DNA of 31,618 nt from Fimbriimonadia bacterium (lineage in GTDB: Bacteria; Armatimonadota; Fimbriimonadia; Fimbriimonadales; JABRVX01). Below, piece by piece: positions 8,585-16,678 of the stretch (position 1 is the first letter of the stretch; each line of letters begins with the position of its first letter). The position numbers and the translations under genes are program-made. The DNA lies in contig JBGPGO010000027.1 of the NCBI GenBank assembly GCA_041483895.1, positions 1 through 31,618 of the forward strand. The letters run 5' to 3'. The notes beneath the pieces were generated by a model. The model made no database searches and was not told the origin of the DNA. It saw only the letters and a list, made by a program, of their open reading frames with translations.

Positions 8585-9399
8585 GACGGTATGCGGCTTA
8601 TCTCTTTGATCTGGATGGCGTGATCTATCGGGGCAAGACGCCGTTGCCGGGCGCGGTGGAGGCGGTCAACACGCTGGCCCGGTCGTCCAAGATAGCGTTC
8701 CTGACCAACAACTCCGCGCTGCATCGGAGCGAGTTCGTGCAGCGGCTGACAATGATGGGAATCCGGGCCAATGCCGGCTGGAAGCCGGCGTTACAAAAGC
8801 AATCCGATCCCTGTAACGCCGGCTTCCAGCCGGCATTGGAGGTCTTCACATCCGGCTATGTCGCGGCGTGCCGGCTGGAGGAGCGTGGCTACCGACGGGT
8901 CTTCGTCGTCGGCGAATCGGGCCTGGTGGATGAGCTGCGGGAGAAGGGATTGGAAGTGGTGAAGGGCCCGCCGTGCGACGCGGTGATCGTGGGGCGTGAC
9001 ACCGGGTTCACGTTCGAGAAGCTGGTGCTGGCCAACCGCGCGATTCGCGATGGTGCTGCGTTCTTCGCCAGCAACCGCGACGTGACCTATCCGGTGGAAG
9101 ACGGACTGGAGCCGGGGGCGGGCGCAATCGTCGCTGCCGTGGCGGCGAGCGTCGAGCGCGAGCCGGAATCGTTTGGCAAGCCTTCGCCGGCGATGGCCCG
9201 GTTCGTCCTGGAAGCTCTCGGAGTCACGGCTTCCGACGCCCTGCTCGTTGGCGACCGGCTGGATACGGACATCGAATGCGCCCGCCGCGCCGGCATCGAT
9301 TCCGCCCTCGTCCTTACCGGCGTCACGACCGCCGAGCATGCGCAGGACGGCCCTGCGGCGACGTCTGTGATTGAAACGTTGAATGAATTGGTTACGTGA
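8581..9399 (+). CDS. HAD-IIA (NagD-like) hydrolase with an in-frame palindromic insertion
   Basis: FDLDGVIY, FLTNNS, GKP, VGDRLDTDI and VLTGVT. ATG 8581 overlaps the upstream stop. Confidence 0.92.
   Translation: MRRYAAYLFDLDGVIYRGKTPLPGAVEAVNTLARSSKIAFLTNNSALHRSEFVQRLTMMGIRANAGWKPALQKQSDPCNAGFQPALEVFTSGYVAACRLEERGYRRVFVVGESGLVDELREKGLEVVKGPPCDAVIVGRDTGFTFEKLVLANRAIRDGAAFFASNRDVTYPVEDGLEPGAGAIVAAVAASVEREPESFGKPSPAMARFVLEALGVTASDALLVGDRLDTDIECARRAGIDSALVLTGVTTAEHAQDGPAATSVIETLNELVT
8768..8839. repeat. REP doublet inside CDS
   Basis: Perfect 28-bp inverted repeat CCAATGCCGGCTGGAAGCCGGCGTTACA / TGTAACGCCGGCTTCCAGCCGGCATTGG with a 16-bp spacer. Each arm is itself a hairpin. Confidence 0.9.
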
Positions 9400-9418
9400 A
9401 CTCCCGATGTCTTTGAAT

Positions 9419-10018
9419 CTAAGGTTTCGGAGCAACGATGGGTAGCAGAGAGCGTTCCGCAGTTTCACCAACTATCCCGGGGCTTGGCCTTCGCCCATAG
9501 CGCGTCATCGCTTCTTCAAATTCGCTCTCAAAGTCCCTTCCGGGTCCTGACGCGAAATAAGGCTGAAAATCTGCAAATAGGATCAGTTCGCCATTATTGC
9601 CGACTTGGACCGGACGTTCTAAGCACACTTGCCCGGAAATCGCAGTAAGTTGGAGTAGGTCAGGGGGCAGATTATACAGGTAACGATTCAGCATGAAAAT
9701 ACGGCAATAAAACGTGTCGCTGAGCGCCAAAAATCGCTGATCAGAGCAGTACCGATGAACAGCTTTCTGAAGAACCTCATCGGGAAAGGATGAAAGCACC
9801 TTCATATGAAACGTCTTGACTTGGATGACTGAATTATCCGCTCGTCCATCTCCCTCAGAGAGCATCGGGCATGTCCGGAGTAATCCAAATGCCGCGTCAA
9901 CCGCAGCGCGAGATCTCAGAACGGAGAGGTCCTTGGTCGCATGACTCGATTCGGCATGTTGCGAAACCAGCAATGACGAGAATAATGCACAGCAAGCCGC
10001 CCATGCGTGGAAATACAT
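9419..10018 (-). CDS. Hypothetical protein with a possible signal peptide; candidate Rhs immunity/partner protein
   Basis: Starts 14 nt after the Rhs gene stop with SD-like GGAGG. The region has visibly lower GC. No family recognised. Confidence 0.6.
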   Translation of the reverse strand: MYFHAWAACCALFSSLLVSQHAESSHATKDLSVLRSRAAVDAAFGLLRTCPMLSEGDGRADNSVIQVKTFHMKVLSSFPDEVLQKAVHRYCSDQRFLALSDTFYCRIFMLNRYLYNLPPDLLQLTAISGQVCLERPVQVGNNGELILFADFQPYFASGPGRDFESEFEEAMTRYGRRPSPGIVGETAERSLLPIVAPKP

Positions 10019-10032
10019 TACCTAGCCTCCTT

Positions 10033-11001
10033 CTAAGGACATTGGCCTGATCGAGGGTCGTTGTCAGATGGTATTGGTGGACAACCGCCAGGCTCAAGCC
10101 CGATCCATTCTGCTGATCCTGGGTCCGTGCAGCAGTTCCATTGCAAAATTGCGTCGTGACTAATTCCACCACCTGACCATCCGTCAGGAGGAGTATTGCT
10201 GCACAGAAAATCCTTTCGCAGTCGATCCTTACACGGTCCCCATCCCGGTCCGGGCGGCCGGCTACAGTCGCCGGCGATTTCGGAACAGGGATAGAACACG
10301 ACAATGCCGAACCATGTAGCCACGCCCTTGCCGCAGTCAGCCTTCTGTTCCGTCGAATATACATCCTGGACCGATGCGGGAGTGCTAGTTACTTGCCAAG
10401 CTTCGTACAGCTTCTCGTCGAATCCCTTTGTGTCTTTGCCATCGCAAGATTTCGGATAAGATTTTATCTCTCTATACTGAACGACCCACCCACATTCGTC
10501 ACCTGGATCGAGATCGAAGCAAACCGCGTACAAGGCCTTCAGGCACGGCCTCACGATTCCAGCATATTTGCAATGGATTGATAACAACCCGGTGGGATCC
10601 GTCAGCTGCACCGGTCGCTCATTTGCATAAACGTATGGATGAGTGAGTTGATAGTAAAATGACCAATGTGCTGGCAAGGGCCGGTCTTTCGAAGTCCACA
10701 AGCCTGCGGCTGCCGTGAAATGTCTCGCCCGAACATAATAATCGGAGTGAGCGAGTCCGGTCTTGCGATAGCCAAGCGAGCCAACCCACTGGAATTTTGG
10801 ATCTGGGCCAACCCCCGATTTCGACAGCAGAGCCCCAAATGGTTTGTACCGATATTCGTTTATGATATTGGCAGATTGATCCACTGTGGCGGTAACGTTG
10901 CCCAGTGCATCCGTGAGGTAATCGGTCCGCACGCCGTCGGTTACTTCGCCGACGATCTGACCATTTATCGTTATGTAATTAGTAACCTTGGTTCCTGGCA
11001 T
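10033..11001 (-). CDS. Short Rhs repeat-associated core protein with Cys-rich C-terminal extension
   Basis: YLTDALGNV, YRYKPFG, YYVRARHF, GLWTSKD and YVYANERPVQLTDPTGL (PxxxxDPxGL). Start at ATG 11001 follows GGAGGAG. Confidence 0.88.
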   Translation of the reverse strand: MPGTKVTNYITINGQIVGEVTDGVRTDYLTDALGNVTATVDQSANIINEYRYKPFGALLSKSGVGPDPKFQWVGSLGYRKTGLAHSDYYVRARHFTAAAGLWTSKDRPLPAHWSFYYQLTHPYVYANERPVQLTDPTGLLSIHCKYAGIVRPCLKALYAVCFDLDPGDECGWVVQYREIKSYPKSCDGKDTKGFDEKLYEAWQVTSTPASVQDVYSTEQKADCGKGVATWFGIVVFYPCSEIAGDCSRPPGPGWGPCKDRLRKDFLCSNTPPDGWSGGGISHDAILQWNCCTDPGSAEWIGLEPGGCPPIPSDNDPRSGQCP

Positions 11002-11251
11002 CTCTGACTCCTCCGCTTCCGAAAGCCAGGCGAAATCTTTGGCCTGCTTCCGAGTCAATCAGTATAAAGCTCCTTACCGAGATAGACGGTTGAAAGTTCC
11101 CTTGTGGTTCGGCAAACCTCAAGAAAATAGCGTCGCATTCTTGTGTCGTACCTGTGCGTCATTAGACTGTCTACCGTGCTTCTACTTTCATGGAACGTTC
11201 AGAGTACGCGATATCACACATCTGATCGGCGACATTTCCGACATTTCACCG

Positions 11252-11257
11252 TACAAT
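11252..11257 (+). promoter_or_regulatory. -10-like hexamer TACAAT, probable leaderless promoter of the proteasome operon
   Basis: TANNNT 6 nt upstream of ATG 11264, preceded by tandem CGACATTTC x2 (11230-11247). Confidence 0.55.
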
Positions 11258-11263
11258 GAGGAT

Positions 11264-12742
11264 ATGCACCGGCTGGTAGGGATCGAAACGGAGTATGGCC
11301 TCGTGGTAGAGGGGCGGGATGCCTCGCACCAGATGGAGGAGGCCGCCGAGGTCGTGCGCTCGCTGGCCCGCAAGCATGCCCCCGGATGGGACTATCGCGC
11401 GGAGAGCCCGCGGAGGGACGCCAGGGGTTTTACGGCGGACCGACTGCGATTCGACCCGGAAGACGCCAAGCTGGGCAAGCCCGGAGAGACATTTGGGGAC
11501 GCCGCCAGCCGCAGCGACCGCGTGCTGACCAACGGCGCAAGACTATACAACGACCACGGCCACCCGGAATACTCCACACCGGAATGCCTCTCCCTCATGG
11601 ACCTGGTTGCGCACGACCAGGCAGGTGAGCGGATTGTGCAGGAATGCGCCCGCGTCTACGCGAAACGGACGGGCCGCGCGGCGCACGCGATCAAGAACAA
11701 CACCGACCATCAGGGCGCGAGCTACGGCACACACGAGAACTACCTGGCCCTGCGCTCTGTCCCGTTCGAGAGCTACGCCCACGCACTGCTCACATTCCTG
11801 GCGACGCGCATCCTCTATGTCGGGTCGGGCAAAGCCGGATCGTGGCGATTGAGCGAGCCCGCCTACCAAATCTCCCAGCGCGCGGACGTTTTCGCAGAGC
11901 CGATCGGGATCGACACGCTATATCGCCGGCCATTGATAAACACAAGAGACGAGCCACATGCCGACCCGTTGGAGTGGCGGCGGATTCATATCATCGCGGG
12001 CGACGCGAACATTCAGCCGTACGCGACTGCGCTCAAGGTCGGCGCCACCTGCCTAGTCCTCGACCTGGTGGAAGACGGTTGGCAGCCGCATATACTGCTC
12101 AGAGACCCCGTACGCGCCATCGCCCAGATCTCCCGCGACGACAGCTACCAATGGCCCGCGGATACCGACAAAGGCCCCATCGGCGCGATAGAAATCCAGC
12201 GCCAATTCTTGAACGAGGCCGAGCATAGATACCGGGGCCGCGATGCGCAGACGGACTGGACGCTGGATGCCTGGAAAGCCACCCTCGATGGCCTCGAAAT
12301 GGACCCGATGACGCTCGCGGACCGGCTGGACTGGCCGGCCAAGCTGAACATCCTGCGTATGTTCTTGGACGAAGACGGGGTGGAATGGGGATCGGACCGC
12401 CTGGTTGCGGCAGACCTGGAGTATCATAATGTCGATCCGGATGCCAGCCTGTTCGCCTGTCTGGAGACCGTGCCGCTGGTGAGCGAGGAACGAATTGAGG
12501 CGGCCATGAGCCGGCCGCCCAGCGATACGAGAGCGGGGATTCGGGGGCTGATTGTTGACCGGCTGACCGACCGAATCGAGGCGATTACATGGGGCGGAGT
12601 GGAACTGCGAACCGAAAGCGGGACGCTCCGCGTAGACCTTAATAGCTTCGTTGGGGAGCCGCTGAACGACTGGGTAACCACGCTGCGAAACGCGGCGACG
12701 GATGAAGAATTGCTGGAACTGCTCAAAAGGGGGTCCAAATGA
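11264..12742 (+). CDS. dop: Dop-like deamidase/depupylase (PafA/Dop family)
   Basis: GIETEYG, Dop loop WDYRAESPRRDARG, NGARLYNDHGHPEYSTPE, YGTHENY, INTRDEPHAD, R.HII.GDAN, DLEYH and TRA. Confidence 0.88.
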   Translation: MHRLVGIETEYGLVVEGRDASHQMEEAAEVVRSLARKHAPGWDYRAESPRRDARGFTADRLRFDPEDAKLGKPGETFGDAASRSDRVLTNGARLYNDHGHPEYSTPECLSLMDLVAHDQAGERIVQECARVYAKRTGRAAHAIKNNTDHQGASYGTHENYLALRSVPFESYAHALLTFLATRILYVGSGKAGSWRLSEPAYQISQRADVFAEPIGIDTLYRRPLINTRDEPHADPLEWRRIHIIAGDANIQPYATALKVGATCLVLDLVEDGWQPHILLRDPVRAIAQISRDDSYQWPADTDKGPIGAIEIQRQFLNEAEHRYRGRDAQTDWTLDAWKATLDGLEMDPMTLADRLDWPAKLNILRMFLDEDGVEWGSDRLVAADLEYHNVDPDASLFACLETVPLVSEERIEAAMSRPPSDTRAGIRGLIVDRLTDRIEAITWGGVELRTESGTLRVDLNSFVGEPLNDWVTTLRNAATDEELLELLKRGSK

Positions 12743-12927
12743 CGACAATGCAAGAACGGCGCACGCCGCAGAAGCCGCTCGACCCGATCACCAAGCCCAA
12801 TGACGGGGACGGGCCGTCCAAACCGGACGTGCGAAAGCCCGGCGGCGGGTCAGACGAGCTGCTCAAACGGTTGCGCAAAATCGATCCGGAACAGGCCAAG
12901 CGATACAGGCAGCGAAGCGGTCAGTGA
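12739..12927 (+). CDS. ubact: UBact, Pup-analogous protein modifier (62 aa)
   Basis: Sits between dop and the proteasome beta gene. Disordered N-terminus and C-terminus LLKRLRKIDPEQAKRYRQRSGQ, matching the UBact R[ST]G[EQ] ending. Confidence 0.9.
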   Translation: MTTMQERRTPQKPLDPITKPNDGDGPSKPDVRKPGGGSDELLKRLRKIDPEQAKRYRQRSGQ

Positions 12928-13673
12928 AAGGCGATTTTCTCGAACTGCTGAAGAATCAGGGCGCGTGGCGGGAGCCCGTCACCGGGACCGTCACTTCGCC
13001 GCCGATCGAGACGCATGGCACGACCGTCTTGGCGCTGCGGTACAAGGACGGTGTGCTGAATCTGGGAGACCGCCGCGCGACCGCCGCGAACGCCATCATG
13101 TTCGATCGCGCGGAAAAGATCATGCCGCTCGACGACTTCACGCTGGTGGCGATCGCCGGCGCCTACGCCAAGGCGATTGAGGTAGTCCGATACCTGCGCC
13201 ATGCCTTCAAATATTTTGCCCGCACTCAGCTTCAGGAGATCAGTTTGGAGGGGAAGCTCCAAGAGGTATCCCGCGCGCTTGCCGGCAATTTGGAAATGGC
13301 GATGCAGGGAATCGGGCTTTTTGTGCCGCTGATCAGCGCTTGGGACCAAAAGGACGGCGCGGCGAAGATCTACTTCTACGATGGCATGGGCGCCCGATTC
13401 GAATCGAGCGAGTTCGGCGCGGCGGGATCCGGATCGGAACGCATTCGCGGAGTCTTCAACTACATCGAGCGCACAAAGGGGCCGTTTGCGGACAGGTCTT
13501 TAAAAGAGGTCCTGCAAGAGGGTCTCTATCTGCTCGACATCGCCTCCGATCTGGACAGCGCGACCGGCGGGTATAACAAAATTTTGCCGACCGCGATGAC
13601 CGTGAGTTCCGATGGAGTTCGCGAGATTTCCGAAGAACAATTGCGGACCGCCATTGAAGGGGTGAAAAACTGA
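12924..13673 (+). CDS. prcB: 20S proteasome beta subunit
   Basis: 32-aa propeptide ending HG followed by TTVLAL (catalytic Thr1), plus GDRRAT, EKI, GSGS and D.ATGG. Confidence 0.92.
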   Translation: MKGDFLELLKNQGAWREPVTGTVTSPPIETHGTTVLALRYKDGVLNLGDRRATAANAIMFDRAEKIMPLDDFTLVAIAGAYAKAIEVVRYLRHAFKYFARTQLQEISLEGKLQEVSRALAGNLEMAMQGIGLFVPLISAWDQKDGAAKIYFYDGMGARFESSEFGAAGSGSERIRGVFNYIERTKGPFADRSLKEVLQEGLYLLDIASDLDSATGGYNKILPTAMTVSSDGVREISEEQLRTAIEGVKN

Positions 13674-14422
13674 TGTACACCCCTTATGACTGGCAGCAGA
13701 ACCTCACTCATCGATCGCAATACGTCGAGCATCGCATCGCATCTGGGAGTCCCGTCGTTGGGATCAGTTGTCCAAAGGGTGTAATTCTCGCAACGACTCG
13801 CACGACCGCGCGCAAGATTTTCGAAATCTATGACCGGCTGATCTTCGGCGGCATCGGCAGCCAGGCGGACCTCGAAACGCTCCGAATCAGCGCCACTGAT
13901 TTTGCCCATTCGGAAGGATTTACCCGCAGCGAGGATGACGTGACCGTTCAGCGCGTGGTCGGCTTCGCTCTTTCTCCCGCCCTCAAGCGCGCGTTTGCCG
14001 ATCCGATGACCACGCCGTTCGTTGCAAAGGCCCTCTTCGCCGAGATTGGGGACAAACAGGCCGACGACAAGTTTTATGTGCTGAACTGCGAAGGCGAATA
14101 TCATGCGCATGAAGGCCATGCCATCATCGCCGGATCCGCCGCCGCGGAAGAGGCAGCCGACGCCGTGCTTGCCAAGCGCGACAAGGGAAAGTCATTGGAA
14201 CATGCCGCCGCCTCCGCGCTCATCGCCTGGGGCGCGGCAAAGCACGCGCAGGAAGAGTTGCGGGACTATTCCGACGAGGATGAGGCATTGAAGCGGCTAA
14301 ATCAGGAGCTCGAAGGCGCGTCGGTGGAGATCGGATGGCTGGAACGCGAAACGCAGCGGCAAAGCAAGTTCTCTCTGTGGCCCGCGGAACGAATCGACGC
14401 CGCGGTAAAGATGTTGAAATGA
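13673..14422 (+). CDS. prcA: 20S proteasome alpha subunit
   Basis: YTPYDW..., GSPVVG, KIFEIYDR, G.G...D.E.LR and DDVT. TGATG coupling to prcB. Confidence 0.88.
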   Translation: MYTPYDWQQNLTHRSQYVEHRIASGSPVVGISCPKGVILATTRTTARKIFEIYDRLIFGGIGSQADLETLRISATDFAHSEGFTRSEDDVTVQRVVGFALSPALKRAFADPMTTPFVAKALFAEIGDKQADDKFYVLNCEGEYHAHEGHAIIAGSAAAEEAADAVLAKRDKGKSLEHAAASALIAWGAAKHAQEELRDYSDEDEALKRLNQELEGASVEIGWLERETQRQSKFSLWPAERIDAAVKMLK

Positions 14423-15927
14423 GCTTGGGTCGCCGCGTATTTGGGCTGGAAACCGAGTTCGGCTGCCTGGTGTTGGATGACAGTCTCGGCCCCATCGAGC
14501 ACGTGGTCGATTGCGTCAAGAACCACGCGTTTTATCATTGCAAGATGGGTGCGATCGATCTGGTCGCGCGCAACGAGGCTTTCGAGCCAGCGCGGTCCGG
14601 TGGATTTCTGATCAATGGCGGGCGGCTCTATGTGGACGCCGTCGGGAGTCACATGGAATACGCCACTCCTGAATGCCGCGATCTTGCTTCTTTGGTGGCG
14701 CACGACCGCGCCGGTCATCGATTGCTGCTGCAGTGCATTGCAGAGCTGGGATGGGACGGCAAAGTGGCGTTCTACAACAACAGCGTCGATCATTTCGGCG
14801 GACATACGTTCGGCTGTCACGAAAACTATCTCGTTCGCACCGACGACCAGTTTTTTGGCGAACCGATCCAACTGCTGTATCCGTTCTTGGTCACGCGTCA
14901 GATTTTTGCGGGAGTCGGCCGGGTCGGCGGGCATATTCTGGATCGCAACCGGGTCACCATCGATTCTCGCGACGTGGTAGAGAATCCAGTGGACTATATC
15001 TGGGTCTCACACGTCTATTCGGTCTTTCCCGATCCTACTATCGACTATCAGTTATCGCAACGCGCGGATCATATCATCCGCGCCGCGGCCACACGGGTGC
15101 GGTTCAATCGCGCGATCATCAATCCCAAGTGGGACGATCTATACACATTCGAAAGCATGAGCCGCCTGCATATACTGTTCGGGGAATCTAACATGTCGGA
15201 GTATGCGTATGCGCTAAAAATTGGGACAACGTGCCTCGTTCTCGATTTGTTGGAAGAGGGCGTACTCCCCTGCGATTGGGTGTTCGCGAACGAACTGGAC
15301 TGTCTGCGGGCGCTGCGATCCGTGTCGCGCGACGAGACATGGAAGTGGCCCGTGACATTGGATGATGGGGAGACGATTGGGGCCGTGGACCTGCAGCGAA
15401 AATATCTGCGATTGGCGCAACTGCATTTTGCCGGAAGGGATGCCGATACCGACTGGGTTCTCGTCGAATGGGAGCGGACGCTGGACGGGCTGGAGCGCGA
15501 TCCGATGTCGTTGGCGGACCGATTGGATTGGGTGGCGAAGCGGCAAGCGCTCGAAACCTATATCGCGGATGGCGGACTGGAATGGGACGATGACGCGCTG
15601 CATTCGGTGGACATGGAATACCACAACGTGGACCCGCGCGAGGGACTGTACTATGCGCTGGAACGAATGGGCCGGATGAAGAGGGTCTGCTCGGAGCGGC
15701 AGATATTGGATGCGATGACAGAGCCGCCCGCCGACACCCGCGCCGCCGGTCGGTCGCTGCTGGTGCATAGCATTTTGGAGACAAAGACCGCGCCGTATTG
15801 GATCGATTGGGACATGGTGGCGCTGGAGCGCGGCATCCAGTTCGCTATGCGCGATCCGTTCCATGCCTACACCAAAGAAGCGGCTTCTTTCTCCCACCGA
15901 TTGCCGGGTCCGAGACGGAAGCGGTAG
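14419..15927 (+). CDS. pafA: PafA-like tag-protein ligase
   Basis: VFGLETEFG, NGGRLYVDAVGSHMEYATPEC, FGCHENY, LSQRADH, RLHILFGESNMSE, LDWVAK and TRA. No Dop loop. ATG 14419 overlaps the prcA stop. Confidence 0.85.
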   Translation: MSLGRRVFGLETEFGCLVLDDSLGPIEHVVDCVKNHAFYHCKMGAIDLVARNEAFEPARSGGFLINGGRLYVDAVGSHMEYATPECRDLASLVAHDRAGHRLLLQCIAELGWDGKVAFYNNSVDHFGGHTFGCHENYLVRTDDQFFGEPIQLLYPFLVTRQIFAGVGRVGGHILDRNRVTIDSRDVVENPVDYIWVSHVYSVFPDPTIDYQLSQRADHIIRAAATRVRFNRAIINPKWDDLYTFESMSRLHILFGESNMSEYAYALKIGTTCLVLDLLEEGVLPCDWVFANELDCLRALRSVSRDETWKWPVTLDDGETIGAVDLQRKYLRLAQLHFAGRDADTDWVLVEWERTLDGLERDPMSLADRLDWVAKRQALETYIADGGLEWDDDALHSVDMEYHNVDPREGLYYALERMGRMKRVCSERQILDAMTEPPADTRAAGRSLLVHSILETKTAPYWIDWDMVALERGIQFAMRDPFHAYTKEAASFSHRLPGPRRKR

Positions 15928-15936
15928 CCGAAACCG

Positions 15937-15992
15937 GTAGCCGCAAGCTTTAGGTTGCGCTCCGATTTGCGCAGGCTAAAGCCTGCGGCTAC
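15937..15992. repeat. REP doublet (REPIN-like) between convergent genes; may act as terminator
   Basis: GTAGCCGCAAGCTTTAGGTTGCGC...GCGCAGGCTAAAGCCTGCGGCTAC: GTAG-headed inverted hairpins. It overlaps the DUF1003 stop codon. Confidence 0.82.
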
Positions 15993-16678
15993 TTCGACGT
16001 GATCTCGCGCAGCATCTCGATCTGCAGCTCCTGCACCTCCATCAGCCGCCGCATTTGGCGCAGCAGAAGGTGGTCCATTTTTTCATGCAACTGCCGGATC
16101 TCTAACTCGGCTTTTAGGTTGGTTTTGTAGTCGCTTTCGGCCCGCAATCGATCTCGATCCTCTTGACGATTTTGGCTCATCATGATCACCGGCGCTTGCA
16201 TAGCCGCGGTGCATGAGAGCAGCAGATTGAGGAGGATAAATGGGAACGGATCGAACGGTTTTTGCATCAGCCAGGCGGCATTGATCGTTATCCACGCGAC
16301 GATGATGACACCGAAGATAATGATGAACGCCCAACTGCCGCCGAACGAAGCGACCTTGTCGGCAATTCGCTCCCCAAACGTCAACTGTCGTTCAAACTGT
16401 TTGTTAATGTCCTGCGAAAGAATGTCGTGCTTTGCAAGGGTATCGACGACTTCTTGCTCCAAGTCCGTCAATTCTCCGCGATCGCTTGCCAAAAGCTGCT
16501 CGACAAATTCGGCGCGGTGTTGATTGATGCACGGGACGCAGATCGGGTCGCCGGGATTCCATTCCGGATGGCGCTTGTTGATGAACGCCGCAAACTCCGT
16601 ATCGGAGATGCCGATCACGGCGAGGCTGGCCGGCACTGTGGCGCCGCATATCGGGCACGTTAGCTTTTTTTCGTCCAT
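15989..16678 (-). CDS. DUF1003-family membrane protein with N-terminal CxxC...CxxC motif
   Basis: GERIADKVASFGGSW, FDPFPFILLNL.LS..AA.QAP.IMMSQNRQ and NLKAE.EI..LH.K.D. Confidence 0.9.
   Translation of the reverse strand: MDEKKLTCPICGATVPASLAVIGISDTEFAAFINKRHPEWNPGDPICVPCINQHRAEFVEQLLASDRGELTDLEQEVVDTLAKHDILSQDINKQFERQLTFGERIADKVASFGGSWAFIIIFGVIIVAWITINAAWLMQKPFDPFPFILLNLLLSCTAAMQAPVIMMSQNRQEDRDRLRAESDYKTNLKAELEIRQLHEKMDHLLLRQMRRLMEVQELQIEMLREITSK

Noticed and set aside
11230..11257. PafBC-type promoter (TGTCGG-N10-TANNNT)
   Set aside because: The hexamer at the required position is TTCCGA. TGTCGG occurs only on the opposite strand, with no correctly spaced -10.
10988..11263. 92-aa N-terminal extension of Dop in the ORF track
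   Set aside because: Family similarity starts at MHRLVGIETE. The extension overlaps the divergent Rhs start and the promoter.
12739..12927. Canonical Pup
   Set aside because: It ends RSGQ rather than GGQ/GGE and is basic, which fits UBact.
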